From positions 1 to 64,000 of the IMG/VR virus record IMGVR_UViG_3300022924_000001: 64,000 nt of DNA. One strand, 5' to 3'. Every line of letters starts with the position of its first letter. Position 1 is the stretch's first letter. Origin of the DNA: a virus. Positions 25,846 through 36,261 of this stretch are shown piece by piece. A program made the position numbers and the translations under genes. The notes below the pieces were generated by a model that worked only from the letters and a program-made list of their open reading frames with translations, ran no database searches and was not told where the DNA came from.

Positions 25846-28545
25846 TTATTTTATTATTTTTATCTTAAAAACGCCACTAGGTGGATTTATTGCTAGGGAT
25901 GAATAATTATTGTATCGTACTGTAACTACATTTGCAGCGGAAACAAAAGCGGTAAAAGTACTGTTAGCTGGCTGGTCTGGGGTTCCTAATAGAACTACAT
26001 CACCTAAAGAAGCGCCTGTTAATGCCACTGTCAAATCACTGGAAGTGGCACCGTTAGTACTAGGGAAATCTAACGTCGCAGTAGCAGTAAGAGGTGTTAA
26101 CGCTGTTATTTGAGCCTGTAAGTCTTGTACTGCTGTTCTAACTGTACTTGCAGAGGTAACAGGGGTGTTTGTTCCTGTTACGTAACCTGATATAACCTGA
26201 TTTTGTATAGTGTTAGAGATCGTTGCTATTGAACCATCACCCCTTAACAAGTTAGATGCAGAACCAGAGGTTATAGTTAAAGTTCCTGTAGGTATGGTTA
26301 AGCCGCCTGAATTAACAGTGCCGGTAGCTCTAATATTCCCTACTACATCTAATTTTTCAGTGGGTGAGTTAATTCCTATTCCTATTGATCCTTCAAAATA
26401 GCTTTTGAATGTTGAAGGAGACCAAATATTATACTTTCCAGTGAATAATCCTGTTAAATTTCCAACACTTGCACTGGGTGCCCCTATTGCTAAATTTGCT
26501 GTATTTGTAGATCTTGTAGTTACTCCTTGTTCACATAATACAATTCCTGTAGCTATTTGAAAAGGACTTAGGAGCGCACCTGAATGTTCTGGAACTATTA
26601 TACCATGTGCATTCTTTACTATAGATAATGGGTCATTTATATCAGATATAGTTCTAAAATATGCACCAGTTATGACATCTATTGAGCCTGTTCCAGTGAT
26701 TCTGGTTACACCTTCTATACCCTCTCCACCTCCACCTGAATTAGTAGAACTAAACCCATTCATATTAACTAAAGAAACGAATTTTCCCCCTCTAACCCTA
26801 TTGGTTGTATTGGTAGATAATGTAGCTCTGGCTTCTGAATCTATTGAATTGAAATTTGATGAGGTTGTTCTTAAATCAGAAACTAATAATGTAGCAAAGA
26901 AATCGGTAGAAAATGCTGTACTTGTGCCTAATTTAAATTTATAATTACTGTTGGCTCCCGGAGTTAAGGCATCCTGTGTTCCTATATCAAATCTCCTATT
27001 GGTAGTATCAAATTTTATTTCATTTGGTATAGTAGATAATATTCCAGATTGCCATACAGGAATAGTCCCTTCTGTCCCTACAGGGGTATTTGCAGCTATA
27101 GTTTCATCAACATATTTTTTTTGAGTGTAGTCAAGATCAGTAATATTAGAAGTATAATCAATTGAACTTGATATACCTCTTGAATCTGGATTAAAAGCGT
27201 CTATATTTACACCCGTTGATCCTACAATAAAATCTGTTACATTAATAGTATTCCCGTCTCTCCCACTTAAATTGACTTGCCCTGTTGATACTTCCACTTT
27301 TGCGGTAGAAGTATTTAAAGAATTATCAAATTGTTCAAGAACTACAATACCTTCGTCTGTAAAAACTAATCTTTTTTCAACATCGCCTGCTTTAGCAAAT
27401 ATTTTTAAGTTGTTATTATCCTGTATTTCCAAGTCGCCGGTAATAGGAGTATTCTCTGTTGTACCAGATAAAGGGATTGAATTGTTATTTATAAGTGTCT
27501 GTACCCCCTCTTTATCGAGAATACTCCTATCAGTGGTGTTTGGAAAATAATTTGCATCGTAATATAATCCAGAACTTACGGCTCCATCAGTTTTTATTCC
27601 TATGCTATTACTATCAGTGCTTATACCAAACTCATTATCTATAATTAGATTCTTTCCGGTTGATGAATTACTAAATAATAAAGTTTTATTATCTAATGTA
27701 CTACTTTCTATATTATCTGTATCTTGAATGATTATGTAATTAGAAAATAATCTATTACTGTATCCATCATATTGCAATAAAATATCTCCTGTTACAGGAT
27801 TACTATTTTCTGTACCTGTTATAGGTATGAAACCTGTATCACCAGTGATTGTTATATTACCATCCGTATCTGCCGGTATACCATTAACTGAAAGAACTTC
27901 TCTACCAAATACATTGTCAGCCAAAAACCTTTCTGAGTCTTCAGATAGAGTATTTGTTCTTATTGATAATTTTTTATCTGCCTCTGCACCTCTTAGTCCA
28001 TCATTTAATGTGACTGTTCCTGATATTTCAGCCGTACCATACACTCTTAATTTGGCAGCCCCTACTTGGAAAGTACTGTCTTCTGCGCCAAAAACCCCTC
28101 CTGAAGTATAAGAAAACCCTGTACCGGGTGTAGTCTCTATTACTATAGCATTAGTCGTTGTGTTTAAGACATCAGTTACGGCCTGTAAACCCGGTGTAAC
28201 TACGTCCGCTAAAGTTATGTAGTTTGAATCATTATTGAGTAGGCTTATGTTGTCTCCGGCTTTTATCGAGGCCTCAACAGCGGCTTGTATGGTTTCTGAA
28301 ACCTGTAACTGAAAAGACTGACCATTACCTGTAATAAGAATAGAGTTATCAGGAGAATTTATAGTAATATTACTCCCTGATCCTCCACTACCAACTAAAA
28401 GTAAGTTTGCGTTTGAGTCAGTGATATACATAGTTATCATCGCCCCTGTTTTTATAAAGTATATGGCGTTTTTACAAAGTTGGCTTTGTACGGGTAATGT
28501 AGTCAACCAAAAATATGGTGGGACTGTTATGCAATTGTTTTCCAA
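25846..28545 (-). CDS. long tail fiber protein (899 aa)
   Basis: Highly repetitive G/S/T/N-rich sequence with a beta-sandwich-like C-terminal end (VFKIKIIK). Adjacent to other fiber genes. Confidence 0.7.
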   Translation of the reverse strand: MENNCITVPPYFWLTTLPVQSQLCKNAIYFIKTGAMITMYITDSNANLLLVGSGGSGSNITINSPDNSILITGNGQSFQLQVSETIQAAVEASIKAGDNISLLNNDSNYITLADVVTPGLQAVTDVLNTTTNAIVIETTPGTGFSYTSGGVFGAEDSTFQVGAAKLRVYGTAEISGTVTLNDGLRGAEADKKLSIRTNTLSEDSERFLADNVFGREVLSVNGIPADTDGNITITGDTGFIPITGTENSNPVTGDILLQYDGYSNRLFSNYIIIQDTDNIESSTLDNKTLLFSNSSTGKNLIIDNEFGISTDSNSIGIKTDGAVSSGLYYDANYFPNTTDRSILDKEGVQTLINNNSIPLSGTTENTPITGDLEIQDNNNLKIFAKAGDVEKRLVFTDEGIVVLEQFDNSLNTSTAKVEVSTGQVNLSGRDGNTINVTDFIVGSTGVNIDAFNPDSRGISSSIDYTSNITDLDYTQKKYVDETIAANTPVGTEGTIPVWQSGILSTIPNEIKFDTTNRRFDIGTQDALTPGANSNYKFKLGTSTAFSTDFFATLLVSDLRTTSSNFNSIDSEARATLSTNTTNRVRGGKFVSLVNMNGFSSTNSGGGGEGIEGVTRITGTGSIDVITGAYFRTISDINDPLSIVKNAHGIIVPEHSGALLSPFQIATGIVLCEQGVTTRSTNTANLAIGAPSASVGNLTGLFTGKYNIWSPSTFKSYFEGSIGIGINSPTEKLDVVGNIRATGTVNSGGLTIPTGTLTITSGSASNLLRGDGSIATISNTIQNQVISGYVTGTNTPVTSASTVRTAVQDLQAQITALTPLTATATLDFPSTNGATSSDLTVALTGASLGDVVLLGTPDQPANSTFTAFVSAANVVTVRYNNYSSLAINPPSGVFKIKIIK

Positions 28546-28555
28546 TTATAGTTTT

Positions 28556-28897
28556 TTAAAAATTTATTTCGCCTAGGCATTTATCTATACTACAGGTATC
28601 TGTTTTCTTACACTCTCTATCTAAATCACATAGCCTCTTATTTTTTAGTTTTTCTTTTTTTATGCCGCAGTTTTCTAACTCACCCGAAATCTTTTTTTCT
28701 ATGTAGTCTATTATCTCACAATCTTCGCTGCACATTACTTCGTTCAGACCCATATGAAAATAAGCCTCATTCCAATCTGGCTCCTTACCCAGCATATAAT
28801 AAGTATAGTAAAAATAAGAGTTGGAAAGGCTGTTGAGCCTTTTGTCGGACTCGTACTTATATCTGTTTCGGGTTACTTCATCAACACTTTGTATCAT
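28556..28897 (-). CDS. Cys-rich protein (113 aa)
   Basis: ORF track. It has 9 Cys, and its start abuts the stop of 28898-29437. Confidence 0.5.
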   Translation of the reverse strand: MIQSVDEVTRNRYKYESDKRLNSLSNSYFYYTYYMLGKEPDWNEAYFHMGLNEVMCSEDCEIIDYIEKKISGELENCGIKKEKLKNKRLCDLDRECKKTDTCSIDKCLGEINF

Positions 28898-29437
28898 TTA
28901 TATACAGTCTTTACATCCTGAATTCGCTTTGGTAAGTTTTTGGGCTTCGTCATAACTTTTTTGGGCTTGTGAGTAGTAACCTTCATGAGCAAAAGCCTTA
29001 GCCCTGTTCAGGTGGAACTCTATTTTCATGAGTGCTTTAAGCAACTTACTTGCAGGGTCATACTCCAATCCATTCTGAATCCATATTTTATTTATGCTTC
29101 GTCTTAAAGTGTCTGTCTTTAAATATTCCCTCTCTGCACTGTAAGAGTTTGGTGTACCCTCCAATAGAAAATGGTAGATACCATCCGGTAAAGGTTCATA
29201 ACTGTCTTCTCCGCACTCTACACAGCTTAAATGTAATGTTTGGCTATTATACCAAGTTATTTTGTTTTTGGGAAAAGTAAATGTTTCATAGTTTTTATTC
29301 CCCGGAATTTTAATAGACAAAGTGGCAGGAGCATTTTCGATATTATTCCAATTACTGTTGTCTGCCACCAATAAAGTATTGGGGTCATTGGTATTGAGTA
29401 TCTGGAAAGATATTTTAGGTTTGCCTATTATAGCCAT
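28898..29437 (-). CDS. hypothetical virion-module protein (179 aa)
   Basis: ORF track. CVECGEDS and C-terminal SGCKDCI motifs. Confidence 0.55.
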   Translation of the reverse strand: MAIIGKPKISFQILNTNDPNTLLVADNSNWNNIENAPATLSIKIPGNKNYETFTFPKNKITWYNSQTLHLSCVECGEDSYEPLPDGIYHFLLEGTPNSYSAEREYLKTDTLRRSINKIWIQNGLEYDPASKLLKALMKIEFHLNRAKAFAHEGYYSQAQKSYDEAQKLTKANSGCKDCI

Positions 29438-29438
29438 A

Positions 29439-29717
29439 TTATGCTTTTAAGGAATTTATGACAGCATCTAGTTTAGCTTCAATTGCATCCAGCCTAGACT
29501 CCGTATTTGTTCTTAATGTATTTACAGACGTCCTGGCTTCAGCTAAATCGGTATATACCGCTGCTATAGCGGTGAGGTTTGTAGTTGTTCCCAGAGGCTG
29601 TACGTTAGCCAAAAGCTCTACTTGGCTTTCTTCTGATATTCTTGTAAATAATTTTTTAAGCTTATTTATAAGATCAAAATAGTTTAAAGCCTGTATTAGT
29701 TGTTGTGTTGTTTTCAT
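29439..29717 (-). CDS. coiled-coil protein (92 aa)
   Basis: ORF track. Heptad-like C-terminus (RLDAIEAKLDAVINSLKA). Confidence 0.5.
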   Translation of the reverse strand: MKTTQQLIQALNYFDLINKLKKLFTRISEESQVELLANVQPLGTTTNLTAIAAVYTDLAEARTSVNTLRTNTESRLDAIEAKLDAVINSLKA

Positions 29718-29718
29718 T

Positions 29719-30357
29719 TTAGAATTGGAATATTAATTTGGTTGATATGTCTTTGTTAGTATTTATACCTGCAAGTAGAATTGTATTTTTTATCCTTATC
29801 CCTGCATCTACACCATAAGATAATTTTCTGGTATCAAGATTGGTATTTAACCCTCCTCCCGCCAGAAAAGAAAAGTTATCTTTCTGTATAATAGTTTTCG
29901 TAATTGTTTTTTCTTGTACCGTTACTTCCTGAGGCTTTATTTTGTAGTCAGCCCTTACATCAAGCAGCTGACCCTGTACTTTGGAGTAAATTTTTAATTC
30001 GAGTTTATCATCTGAAAAATCAGTTACATTTTCTCTCTCCTGAATAGACTTTATATATAAAAGGTTTTTAAGGCTGTCATTAGATTTCAGGAATTTAGCC
30101 GCTAGTTCTTTATCAATAGGATGGGTTGAATAAATATATCGGTTTTTATACAAAATAGAGTCGCTGTGTTTTGAAGGTAGTTCTGTTTCATTTTGGGGTG
30201 TATTGAAACTGCCCACTACTTCAGGTATCCGTACTTTAACATCCTTTGTCTCTACAAGAACACTTTCTTCTGGTTGGCAATTTCTAAAAAATAGGGCTAA
30301 TAGAATTATCAACAATACTATAACAGCGTCTTTCCAATATGTTTTTAATAGTGTCAT
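29719..30357 (-). CDS. membrane-anchored beta-rich protein (212 aa) ending in Phe; possible outer-membrane lysis accessory
   Basis: N-terminal TM segment (AVIVLLIILLALFF). The C-terminus has alternating hydrophobic residues (ISTKLIFQF). Its start overlaps the endolysin stop. Confidence 0.55.
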   Translation of the reverse strand: MTLLKTYWKDAVIVLLIILLALFFRNCQPEESVLVETKDVKVRIPEVVGSFNTPQNETELPSKHSDSILYKNRYIYSTHPIDKELAAKFLKSNDSLKNLLYIKSIQERENVTDFSDDKLELKIYSKVQGQLLDVRADYKIKPQEVTVQEKTITKTIIQKDNFSFLAGGGLNTNLDTRKLSYGVDAGIRIKNTILLAGINTNKDISTKLIFQF

Positions 30358-31064
30358 ACTTTTAATACTTGTCCGATTTTAATAATATCGGTAGTTAGCT
30401 TATTATCGGTCTTTAGTTTAGTAATTGTAGTGTTGAACTTTACTGCTATTTTTGTAAGGGTATCGCCACTTTTTACTGAGTACGTAGTAGTCTTTTCGTT
30501 TGTTGTCGTACCTCCGGCAAATTCGTATAATACCTTAGCTATAGCTTTGGAATATGCAATTTTATTCTTTTGGTAGCTTTTCATATCATTGGGGTTTGAA
30601 ATAAAGCATACCTCCAGTAAAACATTTTCGCCCGTTAGTCTCATCCAACCCAGTGATGGGTGCTGGCTCTCTGATTCGGTTTTTACTCCATTTTTACCTC
30701 TTAAAGGAATACCTAAAATCTCGCTGGTTTTGGCACTTAATGCTTTTGCCAGATTATACTCCAAAGCAGTGTATTTTTCAGGAACAATTGTTTCTACTCC
30801 TGTGCTTTTTTCATTAAAGGCATTCCAGTGCAAATCTATTAGTATAGAATCCGGTGAAACTAGTCTCTTAAAAAAAGCAATACTGTCTTTAAGTATGGTA
30901 TCGTTACCATCTTTAATGGCTGTCACCCCTAATTTTGATAATTCGGACATTATAAGGTCTCGCAATTCTACTGAAAGCTCTCCTTCTATGTACCCGTTTC
31001 CTGAACTTCCCCTATCGCGCCCACTCTTGTTGGCGTGACCGGCTGAAATAAATATCTTTCTCAT
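30354..31064 (-). CDS. endolysin: N-acetylmuramoyl-L-alanine amidase (Amidase_3-like) + C-terminal LysM
   Basis: ISAGHANKSGRDRGS ... IDLHWNAF ... LLEVCFISNPND is amidase_3-like. The C-terminal YSVKSGDTLTKIAVKFNTTITKLKTDNKL...IKIGQVLKV is a LysM motif. Confidence 0.85.
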   Translation of the reverse strand: MRKIFISAGHANKSGRDRGSSGNGYIEGELSVELRDLIMSELSKLGVTAIKDGNDTILKDSIAFFKRLVSPDSILIDLHWNAFNEKSTGVETIVPEKYTALEYNLAKALSAKTSEILGIPLRGKNGVKTESESQHPSLGWMRLTGENVLLEVCFISNPNDMKSYQKNKIAYSKAIAKVLYEFAGGTTTNEKTTTYSVKSGDTLTKIAVKFNTTITKLKTDNKLTTDIIKIGQVLKV

Positions 31065-31324
31065 TCTTTCTCTTCTATGGTTTTCTTGTCATTAATTTTA
31101 GTGTCTGCTGTTGCAAGTCCAAGCACAGTTGCCAAAAATATAAGTAAGGAATCGAAGACATCAACTGCCTTACTTGTTATTTCCTTATCTAGTATTATGT
31201 CTGATATACTTATATAAATAGCTAAAAACATGGTTACTAAAAAAGTAATAAGTATTACAAAGCTTTTTCTGGAATAAATTCCTGCCGGAGATCTCAATAG
31301 ATCCTCAAAATAGTTCTTAATCAT
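31061..31324 (-). CDS. holin-like membrane protein (87 aa, 2 TM)
   Basis: Two hydrophobic helices and a charged C-terminus, directly upstream of and overlapping the endolysin. Confidence 0.5.
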   Translation of the reverse strand: MIKNYFEDLLRSPAGIYSRKSFVILITFLVTMFLAIYISISDIILDKEITSKAVDVFDSLLIFLATVLGLATADTKINDKKTIEEKE

Positions 31325-31532
31325 TCTGCTGTCTTATTGTGGCCTCCCTCGCATTAAAAGTATCTTCCAGTATATTAACTTCCTTATAAAGTTGGGTCTT
31401 TTCCAAAACTTCCTGTGAAGTCCAAGAACGGGATAACTTTATATTCTCAATATTTTGATCCGCCTTTGGGGAGGGCTTCATAAATATCGCTGTTACTATT
31501 AAGCTTAAAATTCCTATTATTGTAATCTTCAT
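31317..31532 (-). CDS. small signal/TM-anchored protein (71 aa), lysis cassette
   Basis: N-terminal hydrophobic segment MKITIIGILSLIVTAIF. Confidence 0.45.
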   Translation of the reverse strand: MKITIIGILSLIVTAIFMKPSPKADQNIENIKLSRSWTSQEVLEKTQLYKEVNILEDTFNAREATIRQQND

Positions 31533-31534
31533 TT

Positions 31535-31858
31535 TTATTTCGTTTTTACTTTCTTATATCCTTGGTATGCTCTTTCTTCCAATTGCTCCACTCTGTCTCT
31601 CCAGTAGCTATTATTTGTGTTAGCATCTTCCACCCTTTTTTTGTTGCACGTATCAATCTCTTTCGAAAGATTATCAATGATATTATTATATCTAGCAGTA
31701 AGAGCATTGATTGCGGCATCTTTTTTGTTTAGTTCTTCTCTTTGGTCGTATATTATTATTCCGCCCAGAGCAAGGATTATTGCTAGGGAGATGCTGAGCC
31801 ATTTTTTTACAGTTAAATTGGCAAAAAAACTTCCTGTTTCAACTGCTGTATTACTCAT
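31535..31858 (-). CDS. type-II membrane coiled-coil protein (107 aa), i-spanin-like
   Basis: One N-proximal TM segment (WLSISLAIILALGGIIIY) followed by a charged coiled coil. Confidence 0.45.
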   Translation of the reverse strand: MSNTAVETGSFFANLTVKKWLSISLAIILALGGIIIYDQREELNKKDAAINALTARYNNIIDNLSKEIDTCNKKRVEDANTNNSYWRDRVEQLEERAYQGYKKVKTK

Positions 31859-31867
31859 TTTTCCGAA

Positions 31868-32215
31868 TTAGTTTCCGGCTTCTGAAAATTTCCTCATTGT
31901 TATTGTTAGTATAAATACACATATTAATATAGAGTATATCTGGTAGTAGTTCACCATTATCATCTTATAGCTAAGCTCTGTCAGGACGTTGAGTATTATT
32001 ACGGTTGCGAAACTTTTTACTTTTAAGCTGTTCCATAAGTTATATCCGCCTAATAAAAATCCTAATATTGATATTGATACCATAATGTTATCTACTATCC
32101 CTATGGTGTCATATAATCTATAGTATATATCTGTTTCTACTATAAAAAATAATGACATATAAGCCCCTATTATAAATACAGGTAGTACTCCAATTATGTC
32201 AATTAACTTTGTCAT
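31868..32215 (-). CDS. polytopic membrane protein (115 aa), holin-like
   Basis: About four hydrophobic helices. It is the first gene after the terminator at 32247-32274. Confidence 0.5.
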   Translation of the reverse strand: MTKLIDIIGVLPVFIIGAYMSLFFIVETDIYYRLYDTIGIVDNIMVSISILGFLLGGYNLWNSLKVKSFATVIILNVLTELSYKMIMVNYYQIYSILICVFILTITMRKFSEAGN

Positions 32216-32246
32216 TTCCTGACCGTGGTTTTTTGGGGGTATTATT

Positions 32247-32274
32247 AAAAAAGGGAGGGATTTTAACTCCTCCC
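32247..32274 (-). terminator. rho-independent terminator downstream of the 753-aa gene
   Basis: Minus strand: GGGAGG-loop-CCTCCC followed by TTTTTT. The plus strand also has a T-rich tail, so it may act in both directions. Confidence 0.65.
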
Positions 32275-32296
32275 TTTAGTTTTAAGTTCTATAAGC

Positions 32297-34558
32297 TTAT
32301 ATTGCGTAAGCTCTTTGTGCAGGTAATCCAGCAGCCGCAGCCAACTTATTGAAAAGTGTTTCTACTGCTTGATGTTTTCCTACTTCAACTCTTGCGATGT
32401 AAGTGATTCTCTGATCGCTTTCTCCTATGTGCTGTACAGGTGTTTTTACACTAACAGTAAGAGCGTAATCCACATATTGGGCAAGGCCTTTAAGTCTAGT
32501 TTCCTGACCCATCTGCCATTTACCGTAGTTGTTTCCATAAAGTCTTTCAGTTCCTTCAAAATAACGTCTTGAACGGTCTTCAAAGTCTCTCATCATTCCA
32601 CCAAGTGCTTCTGGCTCTTCAGCTAGATTGATAAGTTTAACTGCAAATCTTCCAACTCCTGAAACAAATGACTCGTTTACAAATGTAGGTTCTCCACCTG
32701 CAATACTAATTCTTGTGGAAGTAGCGTAGAAAGGCATATCATCCCTGTATTCTTCGTCTCCGCTTAATACAAATGGTTTTGCTTTGACACGGATACCCAT
32801 TTTAGCTAGAGGATTATATGTTCTTGAAGTTTTTTCCCAAGAAACTCTCTCATAATCATGAGGGGCTTCTGATATAAATAAATCCCTGAATTCTGGTGAA
32901 CACTCCTCACAAACAATATCGCTTAGTACTGTAGTTCTATAAGTAGTCTGACATAAGCCTTCTGCTGCGGCTCCTGATGCTACTGCGGCGGCTACTGTTC
33001 CTGCCAAAGTACCTGAAGCATTTGTTACACTAAATGAAGGATAAGTTGCTGAAGGTGCTACAAGTATAAGTGTTGCTGCTGAAGAAGTGATTGTTCCTCC
33101 TGTAGCTGTCTCGATTGCAGCTTTATTAGCTGTTATAAAATCTGTTGCTGTCTGGGTAAGGGAAGTATTGTAAGTTGCAAGGTAATTAACACCAGCTATA
33201 TTTACGTTTGCTGTTCCAGATGTACCGGTTAGTGTAGCTGTTCTGGAAAGGCTTGCTGAATCTACTGCAATAACAAGTGTTGGGTAGGCGGCCTGAAGCT
33301 CTGCCAGTTTATTTTCTCCGCAGTCATCATCTGCCAAAGTAATTCTGTACACTTCTGGTACTGCGTTACATGTATCACCTGCTGTCCAAGCTGTAGCTAC
33401 TGTAGTTGGGTTAACACATACTGATGATGCATCTCCTACCAAAGTAATAACTGCTGTTCCTTTTATTGCTGTAGCAGCCTTGAAAGTAGCGATTTCAGCC
33501 TCTGTAAGCTCATTATCAGTTACAAGTGTATAAATACCTACCCCGCCGTTTTGCGCCTGTTTGATAACAGTCCCTGTAACGAATCCCGGAAGATCATCTA
33601 CAGTGGTTGTAAGGTCTACTCCGTCATCTTCAATGCTCACAGAATAAACAACACCCTCTACAGTTGCCGTATAACCTGTTGTACAATCTTCACAATCCTT
33701 GATGTAAGACGCTGTAGATGTAACGTAATTGGCTAGTGTAGTTCCTGTTGGTGCAAGGATAGTATATTTAGTCTGGTCATCACCTACTCTTTCAGAAGCA
33801 AAAACCTGATAATCGTTATATTGTGCCTGTACATTTCCTAAATCTGACTCTCTTCCTCTGTCTGTAAGGACAAGTTCGAAAGTAGTATAAGGTACTTCAT
33901 CTGAAATGGCTGCCAAAGATGGAGATAACGAGTTTACAGGGGTAATTTCAATGTAGTCGGTAATTGGTACGCCGCCCATCAAAGTAATGCCTTTAAAATT
34001 CTCTACGGCTCTCTCGATGATTTCCTGCATGGAAGCTACACCATTTGTACAGTCTACACATGTACCGTCTTCCCTAACATAAGGGTATTCAATATGAATT
34101 TGCGCTGTAAAATAAGCATCCTGATAACCCAGCACTGCCATAGCGTCTCCCCAAAGGGTTACTTCTATCACATCTGATTCTCCTTGCTTAAGTACAATCT
34201 CAGTACCTGCCTTGCCGTTGTATCCTATGATAAACTCATCTGTTTCAATTCCTTTTACTTTTGGTGCAAAGACTTTGTAGTCTACAACCTCTGAAAGTTT
34301 GAAAGGTAGTGAAGACCAAGCTTTATCCGAGAATGATCTTGTTACTGAAAGAGGCGGTACACCTAATTTAATCTCAAAATTTGTATCAGCGGGCTTTCCT
34401 GCGAAAGTATTTACAACCCTGCGGCCGTTTTGTGTGTTTGGAAGGGATAAATCGACAATAGCCAATTGACCATCTGCCAAGTTTAATGAACCTCCTGTGG
34501 TAAGAACATTACCTTCGTTAAGGTTAAATATCCTGTCTTGTCCTTTTAAAATACTCAT
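32297..34558 (-). CDS. abundant-looking virion structural protein (753 aa); capsid- or tail-associated, role unresolved
   Basis: Long ORF that is less AT-rich than its neighbours, with its own terminator. It has an Ala/Thr/Gly-rich central insertion. Confidence 0.8.
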   Translation of the reverse strand: MSILKGQDRIFNLNEGNVLTTGGSLNLADGQLAIVDLSLPNTQNGRRVVNTFAGKPADTNFEIKLGVPPLSVTRSFSDKAWSSLPFKLSEVVDYKVFAPKVKGIETDEFIIGYNGKAGTEIVLKQGESDVIEVTLWGDAMAVLGYQDAYFTAQIHIEYPYVREDGTCVDCTNGVASMQEIIERAVENFKGITLMGGVPITDYIEITPVNSLSPSLAAISDEVPYTTFELVLTDRGRESDLGNVQAQYNDYQVFASERVGDDQTKYTILAPTGTTLANYVTSTASYIKDCEDCTTGYTATVEGVVYSVSIEDDGVDLTTTVDDLPGFVTGTVIKQAQNGGVGIYTLVTDNELTEAEIATFKAATAIKGTAVITLVGDASSVCVNPTTVATAWTAGDTCNAVPEVYRITLADDDCGENKLAELQAAYPTLVIAVDSASLSRTATLTGTSGTANVNIAGVNYLATYNTSLTQTATDFITANKAAIETATGGTITSSAATLILVAPSATYPSFSVTNASGTLAGTVAAAVASGAAAEGLCQTTYRTTVLSDIVCEECSPEFRDLFISEAPHDYERVSWEKTSRTYNPLAKMGIRVKAKPFVLSGDEEYRDDMPFYATSTRISIAGGEPTFVNESFVSGVGRFAVKLINLAEEPEALGGMMRDFEDRSRRYFEGTERLYGNNYGKWQMGQETRLKGLAQYVDYALTVSVKTPVQHIGESDQRITYIARVEVGKHQAVETLFNKLAAAAGLPAQRAYAI

Positions 34559-34590
34559 TGTTTTTTATTTAAAAATTTAGTTGTTGATTG

Positions 34591-35256
34591 TTATATTTTT
34601 TGTGCGGCATTCATTTTGTTTGCCTGATATTTATCTGAATTATTGTTTAATTCGAATTCCGAAGCTGCTAAACTTATTATTCTGTCTAAAATCTTATCAT
34701 CCCATTCAGGGTTGGTTTTAGGATTGAAGTTGCTTTCAGGATCTTCCGGGTTGCTAAGGCTAATCTGTAGTGGATATCTATAGTAAGAAAGTACTATATT
34801 TTCAAAAGTAAAATTATCTTTATAGACTTTTACTTTATTTGAACCGAGGTTATAAGGAGCCTCGCGGTACTTGAATGACGGTTTGTTGAATTCATCCCGG
34901 AGGATATTATTCCTGTCATCATTCTTGATTTCAAATAAATCGAATATTTGATTTGTACATTTCTCTTTTGAAGCCAGTCCATAAATGCTGGAAAGTTCGA
35001 AGTAGTTTTTAGGAAGCTCAAAATCTTGAGAGTCTTTATGAAAAGTTGAGGATGGTATTTTTTTGTCTTCTACTAGAAGTTGCTGTATATAGCGAATATC
35101 ATCCTCATACTTTTTATCCAGAATGTACTCTGGAAATTTATTTTGAACCTCATTGAATATAATTACAAACTTACCCTTGTCGCAGCCTACACCGTCTGTG
35201 GTTGCATTTTTGTTTATCTTTATAATAAACTTATCATAAGTCTGTTCTGAGGTCAT
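34591..35256 (-). CDS. head-completion/connector-position protein (221 aa)
   Basis: ORF track. The call rests only on its position downstream of the capsid genes. Confidence 0.6.
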   Translation of the reverse strand: MTSEQTYDKFIIKINKNATTDGVGCDKGKFVIIFNEVQNKFPEYILDKKYEDDIRYIQQLLVEDKKIPSSTFHKDSQDFELPKNYFELSSIYGLASKEKCTNQIFDLFEIKNDDRNNILRDEFNKPSFKYREAPYNLGSNKVKVYKDNFTFENIVLSYYRYPLQISLSNPEDPESNFNPKTNPEWDDKILDRIISLAASEFELNNNSDKYQANKMNAAQKI

Positions 35257-35258
35257 TT

Positions 35259-36242
35259 TTAGTCTTTCAAGTGGTCAAATATTAGTTCCTGTATTTCAGA
35301 AGACTGTGCTGCTTTTCTGGCGGCTATTTTTAAGTTAGCTCCTAAATCTGTATCGCCTAAATATACAGACCCCATTTTTCTTTTTATTACTCCATCACGT
35401 AAAAGCTGTTTCAATTTGGAGAAAATAGTCAACTCCTGTTTTCCTGAGATACTGGAGAAATTCTCGTAAGTCTCTAAAAAGATTTTGGCATTTTGATAGC
35501 CATTCTCCTTATTGTTTAGCCATTGTGTAAAAGCGCTGTTAAGTGCAGCTTCATCCGGGTTATTGGAACTAGGTATTCCTAAGTAATCGAGTATAGTAAT
35601 TAAGTCTGTTTTATTCTGACTATACATTGTAAAGAATAATCCTATTGCCTTATTCCTTTCAAGATCTTTTCTCTGACCGAGGTTAAGCACTTCATCAATA
35701 TTTTGTACTGCATATTGGGCTTTAAGTCTGAATACAGTGTCTTCTTCTTTGTCTTTTGGGGCTAAGTTGCCAAATAAAACTGCTGAATAAATCGACAGCA
35801 GCTGCATAGGATTGGAAGTGTTGAAAGTAATATCGTTTCTTAAATCTGTAGAGGCTGTCAACCAAAAGCAATTTTCTCCTGTATCAATATGGGATAGTCT
35901 TCCTTCTCCAATGATTCTTTCTACAGGGTCTATGATAAACTTTTTTAATCCTGCAATTACTGTTTTTCTTGCCTCTGTATCAGGGTATAATTTTATAAGG
36001 GTCTTGGAATTCTCATGGAGTCCTGTGTCCCAAATATTTCTGTCATTATCCCAGATAGCCATTGGAACTTCTGTTCCTATATGCGGGTCTAATAACTTTG
36101 TAGTATCGTGCTGTATAAATCCATCAGGTGCTCCTGAATCCAGCTTAGGGATTACTTTATATAAGGAGTCTGATTTTATTTCAAATCCGTGAACGTTAAC
36201 GCTTAATTGCTTTGCTTCCGCTTCTTTCTTTGTAAATGCCAT
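35259..36242 (-). CDS. virion-module protein (327 aa)
   Basis: ORF track. A late promoter architecture lies upstream. Confidence 0.65.
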   Translation of the reverse strand: MAFTKKEAEAKQLSVNVHGFEIKSDSLYKVIPKLDSGAPDGFIQHDTTKLLDPHIGTEVPMAIWDNDRNIWDTGLHENSKTLIKLYPDTEARKTVIAGLKKFIIDPVERIIGEGRLSHIDTGENCFWLTASTDLRNDITFNTSNPMQLLSIYSAVLFGNLAPKDKEEDTVFRLKAQYAVQNIDEVLNLGQRKDLERNKAIGLFFTMYSQNKTDLITILDYLGIPSSNNPDEAALNSAFTQWLNNKENGYQNAKIFLETYENFSSISGKQELTIFSKLKQLLRDGVIKRKMGSVYLGDTDLGANLKIAARKAAQSSEIQELIFDHLKD

Positions 36243-36261
36243 TTTATATTTGGTTTTAATG

